Assembly (NCBI GenBank): GCA_963820965.1
Contig: CAWGCC010000027.1
Span: 71,270-135,269 of the forward strand
Origin: an uncultured beta proteobacterium
GTDB taxonomy: Bacteria; Pseudomonadota; Gammaproteobacteria; Burkholderiales; SG8-39
Direction: 5' to 3'
DNA length: 64,000 nt
Made by a program: the position numbers and the translations under genes. Below the pieces are notes generated by a model, which worked only from the letters and a program-made list of their open reading frames with translations, had not been told where the DNA came from and ran no database searches. This document shows positions 1-12,600 of this stretch, in pieces. Position 1 is the stretch's first letter; every line of letters begins with the position of its first letter.

Positions 1-222
1 GCCCCGTCGCGGGGCTGGAGGAGCGCTCACCGGCGACCGAGGACGAGGTGCCGCGCCGTTGATCAACGGCAAGAGCGTCTCGGAACGAGCGCGCGGCTGA
101 AGAAGTAGTTCCGCCGGACCGGGGCTAGAGCCTCGTTTGGGGGGATGTTGTTAGTGTGCAGGTAATCCTGAGAGCGAGCTGCATGGTTGCTCCCTGCTGG
201 TCGGGCTCGGATAGCAGCGTTC

Positions 223-510
223 CTACTTAACCGGTTCGATCTTCGTCACCGTGTAGATACCGCCGATCTTGTCGGCCTGGAACCTGATCCTGTCGCCCGT
301 CTTGACTTGGTCGAGCATCGCCGGGTCCTTCACCCGGAACACCATCGTCATCGAATCCATGTTCAGGTCCGGGATCGGGCCATGGTTGATCGTAAGCTTC
401 TTCGCCTCCTTGTCCACGCGGCGGATCTCGCCGTCGGCGAAGGTCTGGGCGAGCGTGGAGGGGGCGAAAACGAGGATCGCCGCAGCCAGCGAAAAAAGCG
501 CTTGTCTCAT
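223..510 (-). CDS. CusF-family periplasmic copper-binding protein
   Basis: Intact 95-aa ORF. Signal peptide MRQALFSLAAAILVFAPSTLA. Motif INHGPIPDLNMDSMTMVF matches the CusF metal-site region (H..PI....M/W..MTM.F). Confidence 0.8.
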   Translation of the reverse strand: MRQALFSLAAAILVFAPSTLAQTFADGEIRRVDKEAKKLTINHGPIPDLNMDSMTMVFRVKDPAMLDQVKTGDRIRFQADKIGGIYTVTKIEPVK

Positions 511-1014
511 CGTCGAGCTCCTATTTCGAAATGACCTTGGTCCTCGGTTCAGCCGACATTCCGAATCATTACCGATGACTGATATGACGGACCATTTGCA
601 AGTCCGCTCGCACCCGCGCGCGCAATAAAGTTCTATGGCTGGATCTCCACTGAAAAACCTGTTTCCGAACGGTCTTTGCCAGGCGACAAACCGGCGCGAG
701 TCTGCCGTGTGGCGTCAGGCTAGACGTTCGCCGCTGCAAAAATGGCCGGCTGCTCTGCAAGTGGCGCGGCGGCTGGAGCACGGGGCCGCGAACGCCAGAA
801 GGCAAAGCGCCTTGCGGCGAGGCGGGGCGGCGCAACCTCAAGGCGTGGCACGCGCGGCTGGCAAGAGCGAACCGATCCGGATGAATCAGCACGGTTGCCA
901 TTGCAGAGGTCGCAAGGCCAAACGCGCTTTCATCGGGCTCGTCATTCCGCTTCGATGACGGTATTGCTGACGGTATCTCGCCCTTAGAGCAGACCATATG
1001 ATGGCGCTCGCTGA

Positions 1015-2352
1015 TCACATTTGCCTCCCCGCCCTGCGTATCGTCGACGTGAGGGGTTCCATCAGGTATTGCAGCGGGGTCTGCGTTGTGCCTTCGATGT
1101 AGACCTCAGCGGGCATGCCCGCTTGCAGCTGGAGCTCGCCCGCGGATTGGAGTGAATCGGCGTCGGCGAGGATCATCACGCTGTAGTACGGCATGTTGGT
1201 CGCCCGGTCGATCAAGCGGTCGCCGGAAACGTACGTGACTTTGCCAGTCACCATCGTGGTGTTGCGGTATTTGAACGCGGTGAATTTAATGCGCGCATTC
1301 TGATCGCGCTGCACGTGGTTCACCTCTTCCGGCCGGATGTGCGCCTCGATCATGAGCTTTGCGTCGCTCGGCACGATGTCCGCGATCGGTTCGCCCGGAC
1401 GTACCACTGCGCCCGGCGAAGTAAACTTGAGATCGATGACTTCGCCGCTTGCAGGGGCGGTCACGACTTGGCGCGCGGCGGCATCGTCTGATTTGCGTCG
1501 CTCTTGCTCGATCTCGCCCAGGCGCGAAGCAGTCGCTTTGAGCTGATCGCTTGCCGCCTGCGCGTACGCATTCTGAATGGATTTGATTTTCAGATCGCTC
1601 TCGACCAGACGCTGCTCGGCGCGGGCGAGCTCCGATCGCCGCTCTTCCAGTTTGGCCCCGTAATCCAGCACGAGCGACTCGATTTGCCCGAGGCGGGCCG
1701 ATGAGATGAAGCCGCCCTTGAGCAAACCGCGGTTGGCTTCGAGATCCTTCTCCTGTAACGCGAGTGAGCTTTGCGCTTGCGTGATTTGCGCACGCAAGGC
1801 GGAGATCTCTTGCTCGACGCGCTCACGCTGAGTTTTCATCAGCGCCACTTCGCTGGCGAGGGAGTCGCTCCGCGCTTCGAACAGCGCCGTCTCTTTCGTC
1901 AACGCTTGCTTGACGCGTTCATCTTCCTGCGCCGCGATTCGCAGTTCGTTTGGAAAGATGAGCTTCTTGGCGAGTGTTTGCTCCGCCTCAAGCCGCGCTA
2001 GCGCGGCGCGTTCGACATTGACGCGATAAGCCAAACGATTGCGATCAGCATCCACGCCCACATCCCCGAGCATCAGGACAGGATCACCGACATTCACGCG
2101 CTGACCGTCGCGCACCAACACCGCGCGCACGATGCCGCCCTCGAGGTGTTGCACCGGACGCCGGTTGAGATCGACTTTGACAAAGGCGGGCGCCACCACC
2201 GCCATCGATAGCGGCGCAAAGCAGATCCAGGCGCCGAGTGGGACGATGGCGCCGAGGACAATCCACCAGCCGGTGCGCACCAGGCGCCTGGCGTGCTCTC
2301 GGCTCGTGCGCAGCGCGCGGACGGGAATGAGTTCTGGTGTTGCGGTGCCCAT
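1015..2352 (-). CDS. HlyD-family type I secretion periplasmic adaptor (membrane fusion protein)
   Basis: Intact 445-aa ORF. N-terminal TM helix (WWIVLGAIVPLGAWICFAPL). Long coiled-coil centre (QRERVEQEISALRAQITQAQSSLALQEKDLE). C-terminal beta-rich region typical of HlyD/PrtE adaptors. Lies 94 nt downstream of the T1SS ABC gene on the same strand. Confidence 0.85.
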   Translation of the reverse strand: MGTATPELIPVRALRTSREHARRLVRTGWWIVLGAIVPLGAWICFAPLSMAVVAPAFVKVDLNRRPVQHLEGGIVRAVLVRDGQRVNVGDPVLMLGDVGVDADRNRLAYRVNVERAALARLEAEQTLAKKLIFPNELRIAAQEDERVKQALTKETALFEARSDSLASEVALMKTQRERVEQEISALRAQITQAQSSLALQEKDLEANRGLLKGGFISSARLGQIESLVLDYGAKLEERRSELARAEQRLVESDLKIKSIQNAYAQAASDQLKATASRLGEIEQERRKSDDAAARQVVTAPASGEVIDLKFTSPGAVVRPGEPIADIVPSDAKLMIEAHIRPEEVNHVQRDQNARIKFTAFKYRNTTMVTGKVTYVSGDRLIDRATNMPYYSVMILADADSLQSAGELQLQAGMPAEVYIEGTTQTPLQYLMEPLTSTIRRAGRQM

Positions 2353-2446
2353 ACTCTGGTTCCCTCATTCCAAGCTTCTTCCCGATGGCGAAGAGAAGGA
2401 GATTGCAGTAACACCTCTCAGTAGTGCAGCTAAGCGTCCAACTCGT

Positions 2447-4131
2447 TCAAGCCGCCTTGTTGCCAACCATTGCTTGCGCTTGCCGCTGCATTGCCTTCAT
2501 CACCTCGCTCGCCGCTCCAAATTGCTTCACGCGTCCGGCCTCGAGCACCAGAATCTTGTCCACGTGGGCGATGAGTGACGGCCGATGGGTGACAATGACC
2601 GAGGTCACGCCTTCGTTGCGCAGGCCGCTCAGTGCTTGGGCGAGGGCAATCTCACCCGCGCCGTCCAGGTTGGAGTTCGGCTCATCGAGCACCACCAACC
2701 GTGGATCGCCGTACAGCGCACGGGCGAGCGCAATGCGCTGGCGCTGGCCGGGAGACAGGCGCGAGCCTTGTTCTCCAACCTGCGTGTCGTAGCCCTGCGC
2801 CAGCGTAAGAATCAGCTCGTGCGCGTTGGCGCGTTTCGCCGCCGCGACGACCGCCTCGGAATCGACCTTGCCGAGGCGCGCGATGTTGTCGGCCACACTG
2901 CCATCGAAGAGCTCGACGTCCTGGGGAACATAGCCGATCCAGGGACCCAGATCCTGGCGCGGCCAGTAGCGCGAGATCGGCCCCATCGAGGCGCGCCGCA
3001 CCTGCGGTGGCCGCCCACACGCCGGTCAGCAGGCGCGCGAGGGTGGATTTGCCCGCCGCGCTTGGGCCGATAATGGCGAGGCCTTCGCCCGGCGCAAGGC
3101 TGAACGCGATGTTGAATAGAATCAGCTTGTCCGAGCCGGGCACGCGATACGATATGCCTTCGGCTACCAGGCAGCCTTCAGGGCGCGGCATTGTGAGGCT
3201 CGGCTCGCGCCGGTCGAAATCTTCCGACAGTTCCCGCAGGCGTCGGTAGGCGCCGCGCGCCTCGACTCAACATGCGCCAGCTCGACACCACTTGTTCGAC
3301 CGGTTGCACCGCTCGGCCCAGCAATATCGTCGTGGCGATCATGACGCCGGCCGAAGCTTGCTGGGTGAGCACGAGGTAGGCGCCCAGCGCTAGCATGAGT
3401 ATTTGAATCGCTTGACGCAGAAAGCGCGTCGCGGCGCTGAAGGCGACGCTGCTGCGGCTCGCCCTGGTCTGCAGCGCCGCAACTTGGTTTTGCAGCATGC
3501 GCCAACGCTCCAGCAATCTCTCCGTCATCCCCAGCGCCTGCAGCACTTCCGCGTTGCGCAGCGAACTTTCCACGTACTGGGAAGCGCGACGCCCCTCCTT
3601 CTGCAGGCCCTCCAGGACGCTACGGCTGATGCGGTCATTGAGCCACGCCAGGGTCAGCATGAGGAGGGCAGCCAGCGCGGCGCCAAGACCCAAGGCCGGG
3701 TGGAACGCCCAAATCACCAACACGTACACCACGACCCAAGGCGCGTCGAACACCGCGATCAAGCCATTGGCCGAAAACACACTACGCAGCGCCGCAACGT
3801 CGCGGATACCTTCCGTCCTCGTGCCCTGCGGTGAGCGCGCTGCCTTCGCCACGATCGCATTCACCACCGGCGGCGATAGACGTTCGTCGACGATATTGCC
3901 CAATACGTTCTGCAGGCGGTTACGCACGTAGTCGAGCAACAGCAGGATCAACAGCGCGGCGCCAGTTCCGGCGAGCAACACGAGCAGGGTTTCTTGACTA
4001 TTGCTCGAGATGACGCGATCGAATACCTGCAACGTGAAGATCGCAGGAACGACGAACAGCAAGTTGATGAAGAAGGAAAACGCCGCGATGTAGATCAGCA
4101 GCGGACGCAGTTCGTCCCACAAAGATCTCAT
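2447..4131 (-). pseudogene. Type I secretion ABC permease/ATPase (PrtD/HlyB-like without C39 domain), split into three frames
   Basis: TMD piece 3178-4131 (MRSLWDELRPLLIYIAAFSFFINLLFVVPAIFTLQVFDRV...). Walker A piece in a second frame (GPSAAGKSTLARLL, about 3000-3191). Signature and Walker B piece 2447-3001 (LSPGQRQRIALARAL, LVVLDEPNSNLD). Frame breaks traced to ~3268 (1-nt insertion) and ~2985 (apparent 2-nt loss). Confidence 0.85.
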
Positions 4132-4153
4132 GCGCTATTTCCCTCCGTTCTTC

Positions 4154-4220
4154 CGTCATTCCGGCGGAAGCCGGAATCCGGGATTTCGGCGTGCATTCTG
4201 GACCCCGGCTTTTGCCGGGG
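4154..4220 (+). repeat. REP-like intergenic double-hairpin element (VIPAxAGI-type repeat), copy 1
   Basis: cgtcATTCCGGCggaaGCCGGAATccggg (arms 4158-4165 and 4170-4177) followed by CCCCGGCttttGCCGGGG (4203-4220). The first half recurs at 57637-57666. Confidence 0.6.
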
Positions 4221-4307
4221 TGACAGACGTTGGCGTGGGCTGAGTTTCATCGCTGAAAGTGCTCGGCAGCCTACGGAGGGAGTCGGGCTGCCGGATACAG
4301 CGCTCAC

Positions 4308-4938
4308 CTAAACCGGGCGCTTCGCTCGATCCGCGTGCAGGATGGCTGCGACGATCGGCTCGGGATCGCCCAGCGCTGGTGTCATGTGCCAGCGGTCGTA
4401 GGCGTCGTTGCCGATCCTCACCATGCCGGTGTGCTGCGAGCGGTCGCGATCCACACGCGGATCGCGATCGAAGAATCCTAGCTTGCGGCGAATCACCTCG
4501 AGATCGGCGCGCTTACCGGTGAGGAACAGCCAGCCCGGTCCGATGTCGCGGTCTTCGACATATTCCTTCAGCACTTTCGGTGTGTCGTGCTCGGGCCGCA
4601 GCGTGATCGAATACATGAAGATGTCGCGTCCGACCCGCTCGCCCAGCAGCTTTCTGCACGCGCTGCAATTTCGTGGTGATGATCGGACAGATGCCGTCGC
4701 ACTCGGCGTACATCATGTTGATCGCGACGAGCTTGTCCTTGATCAGGTCGTCGTAGAACTTGACCCGCTTTCCTTCATGCGTGACGAGCACGGAATTCGG
4801 AAAGTATTGCGCGCCATACGTGCGCCGTTGCGGCGATGCCGTCTCGCTCGCGGGTTGGGTTTGGGCTGCAAGCAAACCCAAGGGTGCTAAGGATGCGGCG
4901 GCCCCGAATCCAGCAAGTATGGTCCTTCGCGTTGACAT
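4308..4938 (-). pseudogene. SCO1/SenC-family thioredoxin-fold copper chaperone, one frameshift
   Basis: N-terminal piece 4513-4938 has a Tat-like signal (MSTRRTILAGFGAAASLAP) and the CxxxC motif (AECDGICPIITTKL). The C-terminal piece 4308-4616 (MYSITLRPEHDTPKVLKEYVE...) continues the family in another frame. The break is a single extra g at ~4652 (cagaaaGctgctgggc). Confidence 0.8.
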
Positions 4939-4980
4939 GATGGATCTCCAAGAAAAAGAGCTTCGAGAGGTCGCCGGGGC

Positions 4981-6770
4981 TCAGGAGGGCACGATGTCGA
5001 AACGGATCATCATCGCGTGGTCTTCGTGGATCAGGTTGTGACAGTGCATGGGATACTTCCCGAGGAAGTCGCGGAAGCGGATGTAAACCCGGAGGGTCAT
5101 TCTCTTGCCGAGCACGTAGACGTCCTTGCGCCCCCGCTCGTGCGCCGGGATCGGCACGCTGACCCCATTCACGGTCTTGCCGATGATGCGGCCTTCTTCG
5201 AAGTGGATGTGGATGGGATGCTCCCACCCGTTGTCAGGGTTGACGAGCTCCCAGATCTCCGCGCGGCCCTTGGGGACCAAGGCGCGCGAGACGTTCGCGT
5301 TGAACAGCTGATCGTTCACGGTCCACATGCCACTGGCGCGCGCGAACACCCATTGGCGCACCGGCACGCCGGAGAAGTTCGCCGGGATGTCCGGCAGCGG
5401 GCGCAGCACGCTCGGCACACGGCTGACGTCGGGAGCGGGCGCATTGCGATCGACGATGATCTTGAGCAGCCGGGTGCCCGGCGCCTGCACGTTGCCGGGT
5501 CCGCGCGTGTCGATCTGGAGTAGCTGGTTGACGAAGTAGAGCTCGGTGCCGACCGGGAACCTCGCGAAGTCCACCACGATGTCGGCGCGCTCGGCGGTGC
5601 CGAGCCGGACCTTGAATTGGTTCAGGAGCGGAGCCGGCAGCAGATTGCCGTCATTGGCGATGTAGGTGAAGGTGTAGACCGCGTTGGCGCTCTTGTTCTG
5701 CAGATAGAGCTCGTAGAAGCGCGAGGGCCCGCCGTTGAGGAAGCGGAAGCGATACTTGCGGCGGGCCACCCGCAGCACCGGCTCGATCTTGCCGTTCACC
5801 GTGATCTTGTCGCCCAGGGTCCCTTCCGGACTGAACTGGTCGTAGAAGAGCATCCCGTTCCTGTCGAAGCGCTTGTCCTGGAGGATGATCGGGTAGTCGT
5901 AGGGATGGCTCGGCAGCCGCAGCGCGGCGGGGTTCGGGTCAGTCTCGTTGCCCGAGTCGAGGTCGTCGAAGATGAGGTAGAAGCCGGCCAGCCCGCGGTA
6001 GAGGTTCGGCGCCGTGAAGTCCATGGTGTGGTCGTGGTACCACAGCGTGCCCAGGGCTTCACGCGAATCGCCGATGGGACTGACGGTGTCAAGGCCTGCG
6101 TAGACGTTGGGATAGAAGTGGTCCTTGAACTGACCCGGCGCAGCCAGTGTCGGGCCCGCCTTGGTGGCGCTGTAGAAATCGCCCGGAAAGCCGTCGCTCT
6201 CCGACGGCATGTGCATGTTGTGCAGATGCGTGGAGATCTCCGGAGAGCCGAACCCGACGTGATCCTGCGGCAGCTCGTTGTGGATGCGGCAGATCACCGA
6301 GTGGCCGTAGCGCCCGAAGATCGTTGGGCCCGGGGTGGTGGCGTCGCCCGTCGGGCCCGAGTAACCCCAGATGGGCTGCGTGGGGTAGGCGGGATTGAAC
6401 ACCCAGTTCGGATTCTCCTTCGCCCTCATCTCGTACAGCTCGGGCGGTCCGGCCACCCCGGGCGCGGTGAGCTCGGCGAAGCGCTGGTGGTCGGCACGAC
6501 CGGCCTCGCCGCCGCCGACATTCGCGGTGACGGTCGGGGTCGGGGACAACGCGCCTACCGGTGCGAGCGGTGTGATCGCGTTGGGCAGCTCCTCGACCCA
6601 CGGCGTCGTTGGCGGGCTAGGGGGGGCGGCGGCGGGACCTGAGCCTCGCTCTTGCGCGAGGTCAGGATCATAGGCGCCGCCGTCGCTGCAATCGATGCTT
6701 TAAGCAATGTGCGCCTTCCGACGTCGATTTCGGAAGTCACGGGCTCATGTTGAATGAATTCCTTGCTCAT
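4981..6770 (-). pseudogene. Tat-exported multicopper oxidase (CotA/bilirubin-oxidase-like three-domain MCO), one frameshift after the signal peptide
   Basis: 522-aa body 4981-6549 with Cu-site motifs (WYHDHTMDFT, HPIHIHFEEG, HCHNLIHEDHAMM). The true N-terminus MSKEFIQHEPVTSEIDVGRRTLLKASIAATAAPMIL starts at 6770 in another frame. The frame break falls in the G7 run at 6620-6626. Confidence 0.85.
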
Positions 6771-6855
6771 GAAGTGTTTCCTCCCTTCACGAAAATTGGC
6801 ACTCGAGCTCTGCCGCCCTCGCATCCACCGTGCTCGCCCGCGCTCCTTCTCGACA

Positions 6856-7221
6856 TCAAGCGGCGTGGTTGCCTTGCGCGGCTGCTCGTAGGTCCGCCCC
6901 ATTGCCGCCCGTGGCGCCCGCTGTCACTTCCAGCGCCTTCACGCGGTTGGCGAGCCGATCGATGAGCTGCACCTGCTCCCCATAGGCACGGGCCAACTGC
7001 TGGGTGATATCGGTCAGCCCCTTAATCGCTATGGTCAGCTCGTCCTTCTTGGCGTTGACGATGTTCATCCGTGCCATGATCACTGCAGCAACCTCACGCG
7101 GGTCGGAGACCGACCGGGAGTTCTGCCGCTTGGTCTGCTGCCGATTCTGGGCCGGCTTATCCGCTGCTTGATTCGCAACAGCGGTTCTCTCCGCTGCAGT
7201 TGCCCTCACTTGCTCGCTCAT
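6856..7221 (-). CDS. Hypothetical small coiled-coil protein (121 aa)
   Basis: ORF starting MSEQVRATAAERTAVANQ... with a heptad-like centre (KKDELTIAIKGLTDITQQLARAYGEQVQLIDRLANRVKALEV). Sits between the RTX gene stop and the MCO start on the same strand. I recognise no family. Confidence 0.45.
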   Translation of the reverse strand: MSEQVRATAAERTAVANQAADKPAQNRQQTKRQNSRSVSDPREVAAVIMARMNIVNAKKDELTIAIKGLTDITQQLARAYGEQVQLIDRLANRVKALEVTAGATGGNGADLRAAAQGNHAA

Positions 7222-7321
7222 GTGGCGTCTCTCCAATAATGTGGTCGAAGGTTGGGGTGTCGGGCAGTTATCCGCCCCACACCGCAAGACTCTGTGAGTT
7301 GACTTCTCGGTAAGGGATCCC

Positions 7322-9375
<2,054 letters not shown>

Positions 9376-9639
9376 CGGGATGGCCCTGGAGGTCGGTGTA
9401 GCTCACCACGACCCGCAACTGGCGGTTGACCTGGTCCTGGGTCGGCGTGAAGCTGTCGTTCGTCGCGCCTGCAATGTTGGTGAAGACGCCGCCGCCGCCC
9501 AGCGCGCTTTGCTGCCACTGGAAGCTGAACGCGCCGACGGCCGGCAGTCCATCGAGATCGGTGATCTGGTTGATCGCCTGAAGCGCCAGGGTTTCCGTTG
9601 GCGTCATGTCGGAGATCAGGACCTGGCCACCCGGCGCGA

Positions 9640-12600
9640 CTGTTGTTGCTCTCCACCGGCGCCGTCGCCGCCGAGAACACGTTCTCCAGCACGTCGTTGG
9701 CGTCCTTGTAGACGGCCCGAACGCGCAATGCGAGGCCGACCTCGAAGCCGCGCGGCGTGAAGGTGGTCCCGGTCGCGCGTGCGACTTCGCCGCCGGCGTT
9801 CTCGATCAGGATGTCTTCAAAGATGCCCGGGCGAACTTCGGCCTGCCAGAAGTAGGCGATGGGTCCGCCGGCGATCGCTCCGGTCGGGTTGGTCGGGCTG
9901 ATGTTGTCGGCGTCCGTCACGCCCAGCGCCGACACGGTCAGCAGCTGGTCCTCGGTCGGCGTGGTGTCGTCGATCGTCAGAAGCCCGTCCGGTTCGGCGT
10001 TCAAGCCGTTCGAGAACGAGCGCCTGGTCGGAGAACTGCAGGCGCTCGATGTTCCTCACCGTATCGCGTCCCGTCCGAACCGGGCGCACCGTCGACGACG
10101 TGGCTCACCACGAGGTAGCCTGCGTCATTGGTGGTGATCTCATAGTTGGCCAGAACATCCGAGAACACGGCCGTGTCGAAGTCGGCGTCCGGCGCCGATC
10201 GTGATCTCGCGCACGATGCGGATGTCGCCGGGGTTCAGTTCGCCCGAGAAGACGCGCGCCTGGAGCTCGGTCATGCTGTTGGCGCGCGACCGTGCCGCCC
10301 GCCCCGTCCGGCGCCTCCAGCTGCACGTTCAGCCAGGCGTCGCCGTCGATGATGTCATCGCCGCCGCGGCCCTCGAGGATGTCGCTGCCGTCGCCGCCGA
10401 GGATGATGTTGCCGGCGCCGAACGAGGTCACCGTTCCGCCAAGATGTCGTCGAGGAACTGCTGCAGGCCGTCGATGAGGGCGATGTTGGTGAGCACGCTG
10501 CCCGTCGCGCCGGAGACGGCAATCTCGGTCGCGCGTGTTGTTGTCGCCGCGCAGGACGTCGCCGAATGCCGATCCCGACATGCCTTCCGTCGATGTGAAC
10601 CGCGCCAGAACCGTCGCGTTCGACAGCGGCACCGGCGTTTCATCGAAGGCGCGCAGGAGCAGGTCGGCGGTCACGCCGAACTGGTCGTCCTTGAAGCTCG
10701 GCCCAGTCGAATCCGGAACCGCCTTCGTAGCGGTCGACCTGGCCGCCGTTGCCGACCATGATGTCGTCGCCGCCTTCACCGTCCATGCGGTCGGATATGG
10801 TGTTGCCGATGAAGACGTCGTGGCCGACCGTCTCGTCGCGCGAGAACGCGTCGAAGTTCTCGCCGGCACTGCCATCGGCCATGCCGAGCTCGATCCAGTC
10901 GTCGCCTTCGTTGCCGAACACGAACTCGTTGGCTCGAGCGCCCAGGATGAAGTCGTTGCCCGGGCCGCCGAAGGCTTCCGACGCGTCCTCGCCGGTGACG
11001 ATGAAGTCGCTGCCGAAGCCACCGAGGATCAGGTTGAGGCCGTTGCCGCCGTGGATGGCGTCGTTGCCGTCGCCGCCCTGCATGTTGTCGTCGCCGCCCA
11101 GGTCCGTCATGATGTCGTCGCCGGCGCCGCCGAGGATCATGTCGACGCCGTCGCCGCCCTCGAGCCGGTCATTGCCGCCGTCGCCGTAGATCGTGTCGTC
11201 GCCGATGCTGGAGATGATCGTGTCATCGCCGGCGGTGCCGCCGAGCACGACGTGATCTTCGCCGCTGTACTGGAGGTAGTTCGGATCAGGCGTGTCCGTG
11301 CCGGGATTGTTCCGAAGCACCAGCGGCGCAAGGTCGGTGCCGCCTGTCGGGTCATCACGACCGTCCGGGCCGAGCCCCGTGAACTGCATGCGCCTGGTCG
11401 ACCTCGAGAATGAAGCCCGGCGTCGAGAAGACGTCGCCCGGGAGATGCGTCGCGTCGGTGTTGGCCATCACCAACCTGGCGAACGAGTTGTTCTCCAGCT
11501 CGGTGAGGAAGTTGAGCCCCTGGGTGCGTTCCAGGTAGTAGAAGCGGTCGCCGTCCTGCAGCTTCTCCATCTGTTCTTCGAAGACGAAGTTGAAGGTCGA
11601 GCCGAGCAGGCCGCCGAACGGCATCTGCTTCTCGGCCAGGCCGCCGATCCAGAAGTCGATGGCGTCGACGCCGGTGATGGTCACGCCGTCCGGCCCGTTG
11701 GCATAGTCGCCGGTGCTGTTCAGGAAGGCGATGCGGTCAGCGTCAAAGGCGGTCGCCTCCGCACCCGGTCAGTGTCGGATCGCCGAACACGAGGTCCATC
11801 GCCGCCGCGCGCTTGGCCGCCAGCGAGGTCGCGTCGACGATGGTCTCATGCGTGCCGTAGGCGGCGATGAAGTTGACGACCGAAGCCTCGTGCTTCAGGT
11901 GTTGCGTGAGGTCGATCCAGCTCGTGTAGGGCTTGAGCTGGCTGTCGCCGGTCACGTCGTAGAAGTCACGGCGGGCCGCGTTCAACGACGGCACGCCGGT
12001 ATCGCGGCCGCGCAGGATGTTGATGGTCGCGAGGTCGAGCGGCAGGCCCAGCAGATTGTTGCGCAGCGCCTCGGTCACGAACTCGTCGATCTCGTTGCCC
12101 TGCTGCCGGGTCAGGCCACGCACGAGGGCGCCCGCCGCCTCGTCCGGGGTGGGGCCGCTCGCCGCAAATTCGAGCGGATTGAGGAAGGCCGCGATCAGGC
12201 CGAGCTGCTGATTCGGGTCCGCCGAATTGGGGTCGCCCACGACATTGAAGTCAGGATCGAAGCGGTCCACCGTCTCGGTCAGCATCGAGTGGCCGAAGCG
12301 ATAGACCGTATGCGCGAACTCGGCGACGATCGACGGATCGATCTCCGTGTCGTAGACCTGGGTTGCGGCAAAGAAGATGTCGACTTGCGGCTGGACCTTG
12401 CGCGCGAACTCCTCGAACACCAGGTGCTGGTACTGCATCTCGGTGCCGAAGCGGGCCGCCTGGAACAGGCGCTCGCCGTTCCACGAGCCGTCGGGAAGCT
12501 GCCACTGGGCGATGAAGGCCGGATCGTTCGAGGCGAGGATCACGGCCTTGGTGTGTTCGACCAGCCGGTTGTGCTCGGCGTGGAACACGTGGTGGACGGT

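Noticed and set aside
569-1014. ~450-nt gap between the CusF-like gene and the T1SS adaptor, inspected for a TolC remnant or small gene
   Set aside because: The ORFs here (for example 569-1018 on the minus strand) translate to Arg/Ser/Pro-rich sequence with no family resemblance. I found no supportable feature.
5017-6642. Plus-strand ORFs of 168 and 341 aa
   Set aside because: They are antisense to the multicopper oxidase, whose copper-site motifs are unambiguous.
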